DNA of 54,298 nt, taken from assembly GCA_905178155.1 (NCBI GenBank), contig CAJINV010000003.1:6574156-6628453 (forward strand). Direction: 5' to 3'. The position numbers were made by a program, and so were the translations under genes. Every line of letters begins with the position of its first letter. Position 1 is the stretch's first letter. The notes below the pieces were generated by a model. It was not told the origin of the DNA. It made no database searches and was given only the letters and a program-made list of their open reading frames with translations. Positions 35,801 through 47,800 of this stretch are shown here, piece by piece. This stretch comes from Amoebophrya sp. A120. Taxonomy: Eukaryota; Protista; Dinoflagellata.

Positions 35801-38800
35801 CCATGCAAGGCAGAAGAAATGAATTCCAACAAGAGGAAATAGCGTCTCCCCATTTCTACACAAAAAATTTGTATACCTGGCCGCGTTTCCTTCCCTGAGC
35901 CCGATGATGCTCCCTGGATGAAGGTCTGAGGATATAGGTGCTGAAGTTGCAGAGGCGGACTGTAAACTTCACTAGATGAGCGGAGCATCTAGAGCATGAG
36001 CACGGACATGCCGCGCCTAAGTCTGGCAGACCTGTTTCTGGGTGTGAGACTGAAATGGATTCCCTGAAGATGTCGAAGCCAGAGTATACTTTTTTGATGT
36101 GGTAAGAGAGTAAGCGGGAGCAGCGTTTATTTTGGTAGTAATTTTGAATGTGAAGCTTGCGTATGAGATGATAAGACTTTTACAGCCACTGAAAGAATTG
36201 AAAGAGATATGAGTGCAAATATGTAGTAGATCGAACTAATTTTGAGCATCTTTTTGGAACAAGACAACTAAGAACTGGAAAAGAGATAGCAAGTGCAAAA
36301 AATAAAAACTAGAAAGATAGAGGCAGAATTTCGACGACCGCGCTACTTAAGCTGGGAACCGATGCCGCTCCCCAGATGAAGGCTAGAAGGAATAGGCGCG
36401 GAAGAAGCAGAAGTGGACTGCATTCTTCTCCAGATGAGCGGAGCATCTGGAAAGGGAAAATGAAAAATAGCACCTTTCACCATCGGGGCCTGTTTCTGGG
36501 TTCGAGCTGTCGCGGTTTCCTGGAACAAATGCGGTCAGGGTATATTAGTATAGGGCCTGCGTGAGTAGAACTTTTTTTTTTGGTAAGTGTAGAAATTGAT
36601 AGAATTCTGATTAGAGATACTTTTGTTCTGAAGGAAAGAAAGAGGACGCTACGAAATCCAATGCAGAGGATGACTACAAATAAGGATGTTCAAAAGCATT
36701 TTGCTGCGCTAACAGCTAAGCTTGAGCTCCGAAATTACCTCCATGGAAAGATCTGAAGATAATGTAGAAAACTGTTGTAGGAAAAAAAATGAAAAACACA
36801 AAGACGACAGTGAGAAAAAGGCTCACTTGCGATGTGGAAAATAAAAGTGAGTTGCGTGAGGGATGGTGGAAGTATAAAGCTGATTATTAAAAAATAACAA
36901 GTATAGTTGTGTAGTTCGACGTATCTATTTCCATGGAAGCTAGCTAAATGACTCGTTGCGTCGTCCGTGTTTTGTGGCACATGTTTTGAAAAAGCTGTTT
37001 TTACCAAAATATTGCTTTTTTCGGGCTAGTCAGCTTGGACCTCGGAGCAAGAGGAAAGCAGGTATAGTGACACAGCCGCCAAGACATAGCAGAGGCTAAT
37101 GGAGTCGAAGACAAAATCAGTCTCTTGGGTGCTCGCTTTCTTCGCGTAGCAAGATTGGGCGCGCCCTGGCTGTGTCTTCCCGAGCGTGACGGGGTGGAGC
37201 GATTACGTACCAACGAGGAAGAGGAGCCTTGGCTTGCTAAAACTCCTTCAGAGATGGCCCTCTGTAGTTGTTGGACAAGTCCCGAAGACGCATGCTGATC
37301 CGATAAACCGCGATGGAGGAGGAGACGAATACAGCTTCCTATCTTTCCCATACCTTCTTTACAGGAGCTGATCGAATTCTCATCAATTGTGGTTTATAGT
37401 TGATCTCATACTAAAAAAGTGTGATTGTGATGCTGTTTTTTTCTTGGATAAGCTGGCGGACGCGACCGAGTGGGCGACGGGCGCGGGCGTGAATACCAGC
37501 TGCCCGGACCTGAGCCACTTCGACCCGCTCACCGGCATCGACACCAGCTGCCCGGACGATGACCCCTTCCGGGTTGACATCGAGGTGACAGCCGCGCCCT
37601 ACGAGGTGGAGCTGCCTCTGTTGCCGTCCGACGCCGCGCTGGCGTACACTGTGTTCTGGGGGGACGGGGAGCAGGCGACGTTGGCTAGTAGTCTGTACTA
37701 CCAGAAAAGTGATCATGACACCTCCGCGGACCCCTACCGGGCGTTGCGCCACACCTACACCGCAGTTGGCAGTTACTCCGTCGTGATCCGGGGCGCTCTG
37801 ACCGGTTGGAACGACACCGTGGTCCGCTCCGAAGGGGACGAGCTGAAGAATAACTGGAAGCAGGCACTGCGGACCGTGCAGAACCTGGGCACGCAGTCGG
37901 GGCACCACCTCTTTGCGTACCTGCTGCAGCGCGCGGAACAGGTCCGCCAGCACCCGCCGGGGCCGCGGTTGCAGCGCTTCTGGGATGGGGGGCTCGTCAC
38001 CTCGCTGCGCTCCATGTTTGAGGATTGCGCCTCCCTGGCGGTCGCGGACGTAACGTCCTGGGGAACGGGGGCCGTGACCGACATGAGTTCTATGTTTCGG
38101 GGCAACGCGAACCTGGTCCGTGTTGTGGGCATGGCGAACTTGGACACTGGAAAGGTGCAGGACATGACGGGCATGTTCGAGAACTCTCCGTCCTTGTCGG
38201 TGGCTGCAGAAACGGAGAACTGGAACACGCAGTCGGTGACGTCAATGGAAAACATGTTCCAGGACACCGGCAGCGCCGCCGACCCGGTGACCGCGAAGTG
38301 GAACACCGCCAAGGTGGCCACACTGAGCCGCATGTTTAGCCGCGCCGCGGGCGCGAACCCGGACGTCGCCTCCTGGGACGTCAGTGCCTGCACCGATTTC
38401 ACCGAGATGTTCGCGGCCACCAGCGTGGCCGAACCGGACGTCAGGCTGTGGAGCACTGCTGCGGGAGTCACATTTGACGGCATGTTCCAGCAAGCGGTTG
38501 TCGCGAATCCGGATGTGCGGGACTGGAACTTGCAGAAGGCTAAGTCGCTGACTCGCATGTTTCAAAACGCGAGCAACGCGCACTCCGTGAACGTGACGTA
38601 CTGGGACGTGAGCGGCGTCACAGACTTCAGTTACCTCTTTCACCAAGCCGTGCGGGCCAAGCCGTGCACGACCTTTTGGAACGTGAACTCGATGAAGACC
38701 ATGGTCGAGATCTTCAAGGAAGCGTACTGCGCGACCCCAAACATCGCACGATGGTCCGTGTTGAGCACCAAGGACCTGCAGGACCTGCCCCGCACAGACT

Positions 38801-41800
38801 GGGCGCTCGACGCAGGGCTGCTTCACCTGTGCCCCCAGGACCTGAGCCTGGCCTTCGATCCAGTCACCGGCGAGGACGTCCACTGCCCGGGGGATGATCC
38901 GTTTCGCATCGATATTGTGAGGAAAAACGTCCCCACACCATAGTCAAGTAGGCAAATCTGCAACACAAGTCTCCAAGTTTTGGGAGTTATGCATGACAAG
39001 TTTGTCTTCGTAGCCTCATCTTGTTTAGCTAATTCAGCAGCATCACAGATCTAGCACATCATGCTGATTCTAGCATCACAAACTCCACAACGCGACTAGA
39101 AAATGCTTCTCATGGGGCTCCGCATAGCAAACATTTTCAGCATGCAGATCTGCATGACAAGTATGTTGGGGTGGGGACGGTTTTACTCAGGATAATCGAT
39201 CTGCACGTCACCCAGGCGCCGCTGACGGTCGCCCTACCTATCACCGAGTACGGCGACCTGACGACCTACTGGGGAGAGGCATCCAACCCGGTGGAAAACG
39301 AAGTCCTGCTAGACTGGAAGCACGACGGAAAGTATGTCCCCCTCTCCCAGCTCGACATCATCAACACCTGCCAAGGGGTGACGACGACGACGAACGACGG
39401 GACGCACTACAAATGCAACCAGTACCAGAGCACTTCGTCGAAGCCTGGGATACAGTACCAGGTCCCTGATGGTGTGAACATACAGGTTTGGGAGGTGCGC
39501 TTGAAGCTAACGAAGATCGACGGAACCGCTCTCGGCTTGAAGTTTTGGTTGGAACATGAGGGCGGCCGGGCACGGCACACCCTGTCGCCGGATTTTAGCC
39601 CCGGCAAGTACGGCACGGAGGGCGGCGCGTTTGGCAGCACCACGAATAAATACGGCTCCTCAAGCCATCTCGCGGACGGAAACTACCACACGTACCGGGT
39701 GGAGGTAAACAGCAACCAGATAACCGCGACGGTGGACGGAGTCGCACGGTGGAATGGGGGAAACCCGTGGACGCACTCGTACACCGGGAACGTCCGCATC
39801 TGGTGCCTGGGTGTCTATCCCAACCGCAACAACCTTCGTATTCCGGTCATGTACGCACCACACACGGCACCCCGCCACACCTACCAGAGCATCGGCTTTT
39901 ATTCGGTGACCGTCCGCGGCGCAATCGCTGGCTGGGAGACGGTCAACCGCGAGCCGCTGGATGCGACGACGGGCCAGTCTTGGGTGGACAATATCTGGAA
40001 CCCTGCCATTGAGCAAAAGCGCAACTTCAAGAATAGCTACTACGAGCTAAAGAACCTGGGCACGCAGTCCGGTTACAAACTGTTTCCCCGGCTCTTTCAG
40101 TACGCTACCCAGCTCCCGCATACCCCCAGCCCAGAAGTGCTGGCGCGCCACTGGCGCAGCCCCATCACCTCTATCGCGAACATGTTTGAAGCGGCCAACA
40201 ATATCGTGACCGTGAATGGCACCGGGTGGGACTTGTCCAAAGTGATATCAAATGTAAAAATGTCTGGGTCTGGAAGATTCTGAGACTTGTCATGCACATT
40301 TTGCATGAGCCATGATGTCTGTGATGCATGCCCTATCATCACGGATTTTTTGAGGGCTTCTTGATGCCTATTCCGCATGACAAATGCCCTCTCCGCGTAG
40401 CAAGCATTACGCTCCCACTGCTGCTCATGCAATACAGATTTTTTTGGAATCCAAATTCAGCATCACAAGCGCGAATCCCGCGAATGACTCCACGGCAGCC
40501 GGATGTCCGTGACCTGGTTATAAAGGGCTTCGTCGATCGATTGTGCCACTAGGGCCTTGTGTTCTGGCTACTCCGGATCGCAATCGATGGAGGGCGGGAC
40601 CTGCACCGGCGACAGGCGCTATCCAACCAACCAACCAACCAACAAGTTGCATTCTTCCAGACCCAGACATTTTTACATTTGATAAGTGACGGACCTGAGC
40701 TACTCGTTCCAGGGCTGCGAGAAGCTGCAACAGATCATATCCCGTGTAAAAACATCCCCACCCCATAGTTGTCATACAATTCTGCATGCCAATAAAGTTT
40801 CTCATGCGGAGCTCTATGAGAAGCCGTGTTTTGGAATTTGTGATGCTAGGATCACCATGCTATGCTAGATCTGTGATGCTTCTGAACTAGCTAAACAGGA
40901 TTAATACATCACGAGGGCAAACTTGTCATGCCAAACAACGAAAGCTAGTTCAACTAGCTTTCTAGCAGATTTCCCATCTTGACTCTGGTGTGGGGACGTT
41001 TTTAATCAGGATAGATCACGGACCTGGACACGTGGGACCTGGGGTCCGCCAAGGACTTGACCCACATGTTTTCCTTCAACAAGGAACTCCGCGCCACCAG
41101 CGCCGGCAACTCCGACGTCACGACCTGGAACGTGGGTAAAGTCACGAGATTGGATTTTGCATTCCAGAATACGGACGCGTTCCACCCCGGGGTCTCGGCG
41201 TGGAACGTGGCCGAGGTGAAAAGCATGGAGAGTATGTTTCGCAACACGGGGACCGCGAACCCGGACGTGCGGAGCTGGGCCGTCTCGGCGTGCACGGAGT
41301 TTTCCAACATGTTCCGACACGCCCAGGTGGCGGACCCCGACGTGTCCCTTTGGGACGTGTCTGCCGGGCGGCGGTTTATCCTGTGGAAAAACTACGTCCC
41401 CACCCCAGAGTTGTCATGCAGATTTGCAATGGCAGGAACACTTGTGATGCGGGTGTCCACTACATGATGATGATGATGATGATAATGCGCCTGGGAGCGG
41501 GTGTCCACTACCTGGCGCTGGGAGCGGGTGTCCACTACATGATGATGATGATGATGATAATGCGCCTCCTCATGTTGACAAGGATTTTCAGTCATGTTTT
41601 GGAATTTGTGATGCTGTAAACAGGATTATGAGCAGGTGGATTTGTAATGCGGCTGCCCTTACTAACCTGCACTACGCATCTTCACCCTGGAACTTGTCAT
41701 GCGTGACTTCCAGAACGTCTGGATTTGTGTTGCAGAAATTCCAAATCTTGACTCTGGGGTCGTGTGGGCCCCGTTTTTCCACAGGATACGGCTCAGCAGT

Positions 41801-44800
41801 ATGTTCGAAGACGCCGCGGTCGCGGACCCGCAGGTGCACGACTGGGACCTGGTCAGCGCCACGGACTTCACCGGCTTCTTGCAAAACGCCACCGAGGCGA
41901 AGCCGAACGTCACGTATTGGGACGTGCGGAAAGTGACGGACATGACGGGCATGTTCCAGGGCGCAACCGCAGCCAACCCCTGCGTCTCTTTCTGGGCCAC
42001 CAGCTCGCTAGAAAACATCACCTCCATGTTATCAAAGTGTGTGAAAAAAGGCCCCACCCCATGTCAAAAAGGAAATCTGTGATGCTGGATTTGCGTACAC
42101 AAATCAGATTTGTATTGCAGGAAGGCATGGCGGCCAGATCCCCAGGCTAGGTAGGGGCGTATGGGTCTAGTTGTTCAGCATTGCAAACGGCTGACCTCTA
42201 GGTCCAGCAGCATGACAAATCGCTTCCATAATGGGGCGGAAGCTTCTGCCCTTGTCTTCTCGCAAGACAGATGTGATTTGTGACCTCAAATCAGCAACGC
42301 AAATTTTCGGGAAGATACCTTTTCGATATGGGGAGGGGGGATTTTTCCTCTCAATACATGTTCGAGGACGCAGTGTGCGCCAGCCCCAACCTGGCGAACT
42401 GGGACCGCGCCAACTTCGACGGCACGGCCTCGACGCAGAACTTCATGAAGAACGCGGGCGTGCTGCAGAGTTGCAGCGAGTACGTCGTGGGGAACACGCT
42501 CTTCGACACTGCAACGGGGGTGGACCCCACCTGTCCGCTGGACGACCCGTTTCGCGTGGACATCGAGGTACCGTCCGCGCCGTACCAAGTCACATTACCA
42601 GTTTCGAAGACCGACGCTGGAAACGTGTATACCATCCACTGGGGCGACGGGACTGCTACCGAGCTGGCGGACATTGTGTACAAATCGAGCGACGCCAATT
42701 TGCAGGCCGTGAACCACACCTACCAAAGCACGGGAACATTTTCGGTCGTCCTCCGTGGTGCGGTGGGAGGTTGGACGGATACTCCGAGCGACGTCAGTGG
42801 TCCCGCAACGAATTGGAAGTCCAGCTTCAGCATGGTCCAGAATCTCGGCACACAAAGCGGCTACAAGTTGTTCTCCCGGCTCTACCAGATGAGCACGAAG
42901 GTCACTGCGCTCCCGGCAGCGAGCCGGTTCCAGAGGCACTGGAGCAAGGTGAGTAGCCTGGACGAAATGTTCGAAGGCGCGTCAGCACTGCAAACCTTCG
43001 ACGCTTCGACATGGGACACTGCGGCTGTCACAAGCCTTACGGAAATGTTCCGAGGGGTCAGCAAGCTGGCGACAGTAAGCGGCTTGGAAAACTGGGACCT
43101 TAGTGCCGCAAAGGACCTAACGAGGATGTTTCGCAACGCCGACGTGCTGCAGCTAACGGGGCAAACCTCTTCGTGGGCTCTTTCCAAAGTGACAAGCATG
43201 GCGGAAATGTTTTACGAAGCCTCAAAGGTGAACCCGACGATAGGGAATTGGAACGTTCAGAGTATCGAGTCCTTCGAACGGTTCCTGTACAAGGCACGCG
43301 TTGCGGAGGCGCTGAATGTCGGCAACTGGAACACTGCCAAAGTTACCACCTTTACTTCCATGTTTGAAGGCGCTGCTCTCGCCGTGCCTGATACGGAACT
43401 GTGGGCCACTTCGAGTGGAGAGAATTTTGACAGCATGTTCAAGGATACCCAGAAGGCCAACCCCCTTGTGCAAGACTGGGACGTCGCCCAAGCTCGGGAG
43501 ATGCAGCAGATGTTTGAAAGTGCGACAAACGCGAGGCCCAACGTGACAGAGTGGGATGTGCGGAAGGTTATGAACATGCAGAGCATGTTTCGACAGGCGT
43601 CCCGGGCGCGGCCCTGCGTTTCCAAGTGGCGCACGGACTCACTGGCACAGATGGCTGCGATCTTTTTTCAGGCCCCCTGCGCAACGCCGAATGTTGCTGG
43701 TTGGAACTTATCCAACTTGACGGATGCAGGGACCGAGTTTGCGAGCGGTGCCGGAACGTTGTTGGCTTCCTGCGCCGATTATGACAGCAATGGGGGACAG
43801 TTATTCGACAACACCGATGGGCATGATGTTGACTGTCCTGAAGACGACCCGTTCCGCGTGGATATCGTGGTCCCAACCTCTCCTTACGAAGTCAAGTTGC
43901 CCATTCCCAAAGCCGAGGCTGCGAACGCGTATACAGTGCATTGGGGGGACGGGGACACGACGACACTCGGCGAGAACATCTACAGGGCGAACGACGCTGC
44001 CTTGCAGGCTGTGAACCATACGTACCAAAGCAGTGGAACTTTTTCTGTCGTTATTCGGGGGGTGGTGAGGGGCTGGGACGATATTCCAACCGAAGACCCC
44101 ACGGCCTCCGGGAGCGGATCCTCGCGTAGGTTGCTGTCAGAGACCACAGCCGACGACAATGGAGAGGGCGAGCCAGGAAATAATAATATCGCAGAGCGCG
44201 CACGCGCAGCTGCAGGCGAGGGAGCAGGTGGCCGCCGGCTTTTGTCGACCATCTACACTTCTGCTGCGAGTTCCCAAAAGTACAAGTACGAGCAAATCGG
44301 GCTGGATAAGTACTGCATTCAGGATGGTGACGCGGACTGGATTATTTTTCGGTCCCACGCTTTCTCGACGATCGACTGCAGCGGCAGCGTCAACGGCAGG
44401 CCATTTGTGTTGCAGGGCGTTGACCCGGGTACCCCGATGAACGATTGTAGTTCCTCTGCGGTGTGCGGTCAGAACTGTGCCAACAACCCCGAGTGCAGTT
44501 TTTACATGTGGCGGTTCGACGGGCAAGCGGGTGGGACCGCCTACATGTGTGCGCACTTCCGCCGCTGCGGGAACGGCCTCGAAGATTTTGCAGATAAGGA
44601 TGGTGGCACACTGTATCGAAAAGTTTGGGTTGGCGAGGAAGCCAAGACAAACTGGAAGTCCAGCTTCAGCATGGTGCAGAATCTCGGCACGCAGAGCGGC
44701 TACAAGTTGTTCTCCCGGCTCTACCAGCTCAGCACGAAGGTCACCGCGCTCCCGGCCTACACGAAGTTTGAACGCCACTGGAGTCAGGTCAAAAGGTTGG

Positions 44801-47800
44801 ACCGGATGTTTCACTTCGCCTCGGCGCTTACGACGATGGATGTCTCTATGTGGGACACGGCAGCTGTGACAAGTTTTGTGGAGCTGTTCCGCAGCGCGGA
44901 CAAATTGCAAACGATCATCGGACTCCAGAACTGGCAAATCGGGGCGGCGAAAGACTTGCAGGGCATGTTCCAGGAGGCGGAGACGCTCCAGATGACGACC
45001 GCGCTGCAGGACTGGGACCTGGGAAAGGTAACCACGGTTGCTTCCATGTTTGCGGGCGCAAAGAAGGTGACCCCGCAAACGGCGAAGTGGCACGTCGGGA
45101 ACGTTCGCTCCTTCGTCCAGATGTGGATGCGCGCGAGCAGCGCGAATCCCGAGGTCGCGGCTTGGAACGTCGGCGCGGGCACCGATTTTTCCGAGATGTT
45201 CTCCACGACGGGCACGGCGGATCCCGATGTGAAGGTGTGGGACACGGGGTCCGGGCGTGACTTTTACCGCATGTTCCACGACGCGGCCGCAGCGAACCCG
45301 AGGGTGGAAGACTGGGACGTGCGCAAGGTGACCTCGATGCAGGGCATGTTTCAGGGCACGACCGTTGCCGATCCCAATGTTACCTTTTGGGACGTTATCA
45401 ACTGTAAAAATGTCTGGGTCTGGAAGAGTGCATGTCTGTCATGCTTGTCTGGCATGACGCTCAAATCTGTCATGCACGTTACCCAAGAGCGCCACTTTTC
45501 TGTCATGCAGAAACGCAGTTTGTCATGCAGAATAGAGAACACCTAGAAGCTCAGAAACAAACTTGTCATGCTGAGCCAGTACTTGTGGCCTCCTCATGAT
45601 ACGCCAGCCAGCATCACAAGTTTCCAGACCCAGACATTTTTGCATTTGATAGACGTGCGGTCGCTGGAGAACGCGATGGAGCTCTTTCTCGACGCGCAAA
45701 TCGCCAAGCCGTGCGTGACTACGTGGAACACAACCCTGCTCCGCTACTTGAACCGCACCTTCCAGAACGCCGTTTGTGCGACGCCGAACCTGGCCTACTG
45801 GAGCGTTGACAACCTGCAAGGGGCCGCGGACTGGGCCAGCAACTCTGGCGTGCTGACCGCTTGCCAAGCGAACACGCAGCCGTGGGAACCGTTCGACGGA
45901 CGCGACACGTGGTGCCCGGGAGACGACCCCTTCCGGGTAGAAATCCAGGTCACGACCGCGCCGCTCGAGGTCCAGCTTCCGCTAACAAACAACGGGTCAA
46001 GTGCGCAGTTCACGGTGCATTGGGGCGAGGCAAACCGGGCGTACCACGAACTCGGTGACCTTGTGTGGAGTGACTATCACGGAATAAACCAGCCACGTGC
46101 GCGCAACGCGAAGCACACCTACCAATCCACCGGCACCTACCAAGTGGTGCTCCGCGGCAAACTGCAACCCTGGGCGAACCTGTACGAAAATGACACTGCA
46201 GTGACGGGGGACCACTTTGTACCGATCGACGCGGGTGCGGGTGCCACTTCCAGCTTCTTCGGCAACGGTGATGCAGTGCGAAACCTGAAAAAAAGCTACA
46301 AAGACCTGAAGTGCCTGGGGCAGGACGGGGAGTTGCTTTTTCGGTGTTTGTTTCAGGACAGCACCAACCTGATCCAGCTGCCAAAATACGGCGTTTTTTA
46401 CAAGTACTGGGCCAAAGTGAGAACCATGAACGGCATGTTTGAAAACGCGAACAGCCTTCCGCAAGTGAATGCGAGCACCTGGTCCGTTTCTACGATCACA
46501 AACTTCCGGTCACTTTTCCGGTACGCGAGCAGCTTGACCAGAATCGACGGGCTGCAGCACTTATCCTGTGCAAAAGTATCGTACTCGTATTAATCGCAGT
46601 CATGCATTACGAATCTTCACCCCAAGGCAAAACAGCATGACAAATTCCATTTGTAATGCTGAGCTAATTTGTATTGCAATTACTACTAGTACGATCCTTT
46701 TGCAGTTCATAGCACTTCGACGTCTCGCAGGTGACCGACTTTTCGGAGGCCTTTCGTCGGACCACCCGGTTGCCGCTGGACGACGCGGGAGAGCCGGGCT
46801 CGGTCGGCTTCAAAGACTGGCAAATGCAGTATGCATTGCAAATATGTCCTCTGCTGGGTCTGGAAGGGTGCGATGAACTTGTGGTGCATGTTGCGGATCA
46901 TACAAAAATCTGTGTTGCGTGACTTGCAAAAGGTGCTCACTTCTGGCCATGCTGAGAGATGAGCATTTCTCATGCAGAACAGGCATCAACACAAAGGGGC
47001 TGCGGATCCTGTGATGCTAGGCCCTGCATTTTTCCAGACTTGGCGGAGCTTGGAAATAAAACTGCATGACAAATCTCAGACATATTTGCATTTGATACGC
47101 AGAAGGCGACAACCATTTCCGGCATGTTTCGATCAGCGGAATCCGGGACGCCGGACGTCAGCATCTGGGAGGTCCACAACGTCCGTGACTTCTCCCGCAC
47201 CTTCCAAACGCTGACCGAGGGGGCGACGCTGAACGTGACCAACTGGAACGTTGCCCGGGGCACCACGTTTGACTTCATGTTCGCCGACAACGTCCTGACC
47301 GACCCGGACGTGCAATTTTGGGACATGTCCAGCGCGAGGACCGCAAAGTCCATGTTTGACAACGCGACGAACGCCGAGCCGAATGTGACGCTGTGGGACG
47401 TGCGTAACTTGGAGGTCATGGAGAACCTGTTCAAGGACGCGCACGTTGCAAAGCCCTGCACGACCTTCTGGCAGCCCAGTGCTGCAACGGATTTTCGAGG
47501 CCTTTTTCACAACGCCTACTGCGCCACGCCGAACGTGAACTACTGGGGTATCGACAGCGCCCGGCTGTTCGAGACCAAAGTCGACTCGGAAAACAGTACA
47601 CAGCGCTGGGCGCTGAACGCCGGCATCGCCCATTTGTGCACGAGGCCGGGCTTTCGCGAGACCAGTAGTTACCGAAATTTTGACAGCAACAACCCGAATG
47701 GCATCGACCTGACCTGCCTCGACGATGACCCCTTCCGCGTGGACATCGAAATCACGGAGCCGAACACGCGGATACGAATTCCCGTCGTCGACTATCGTGA

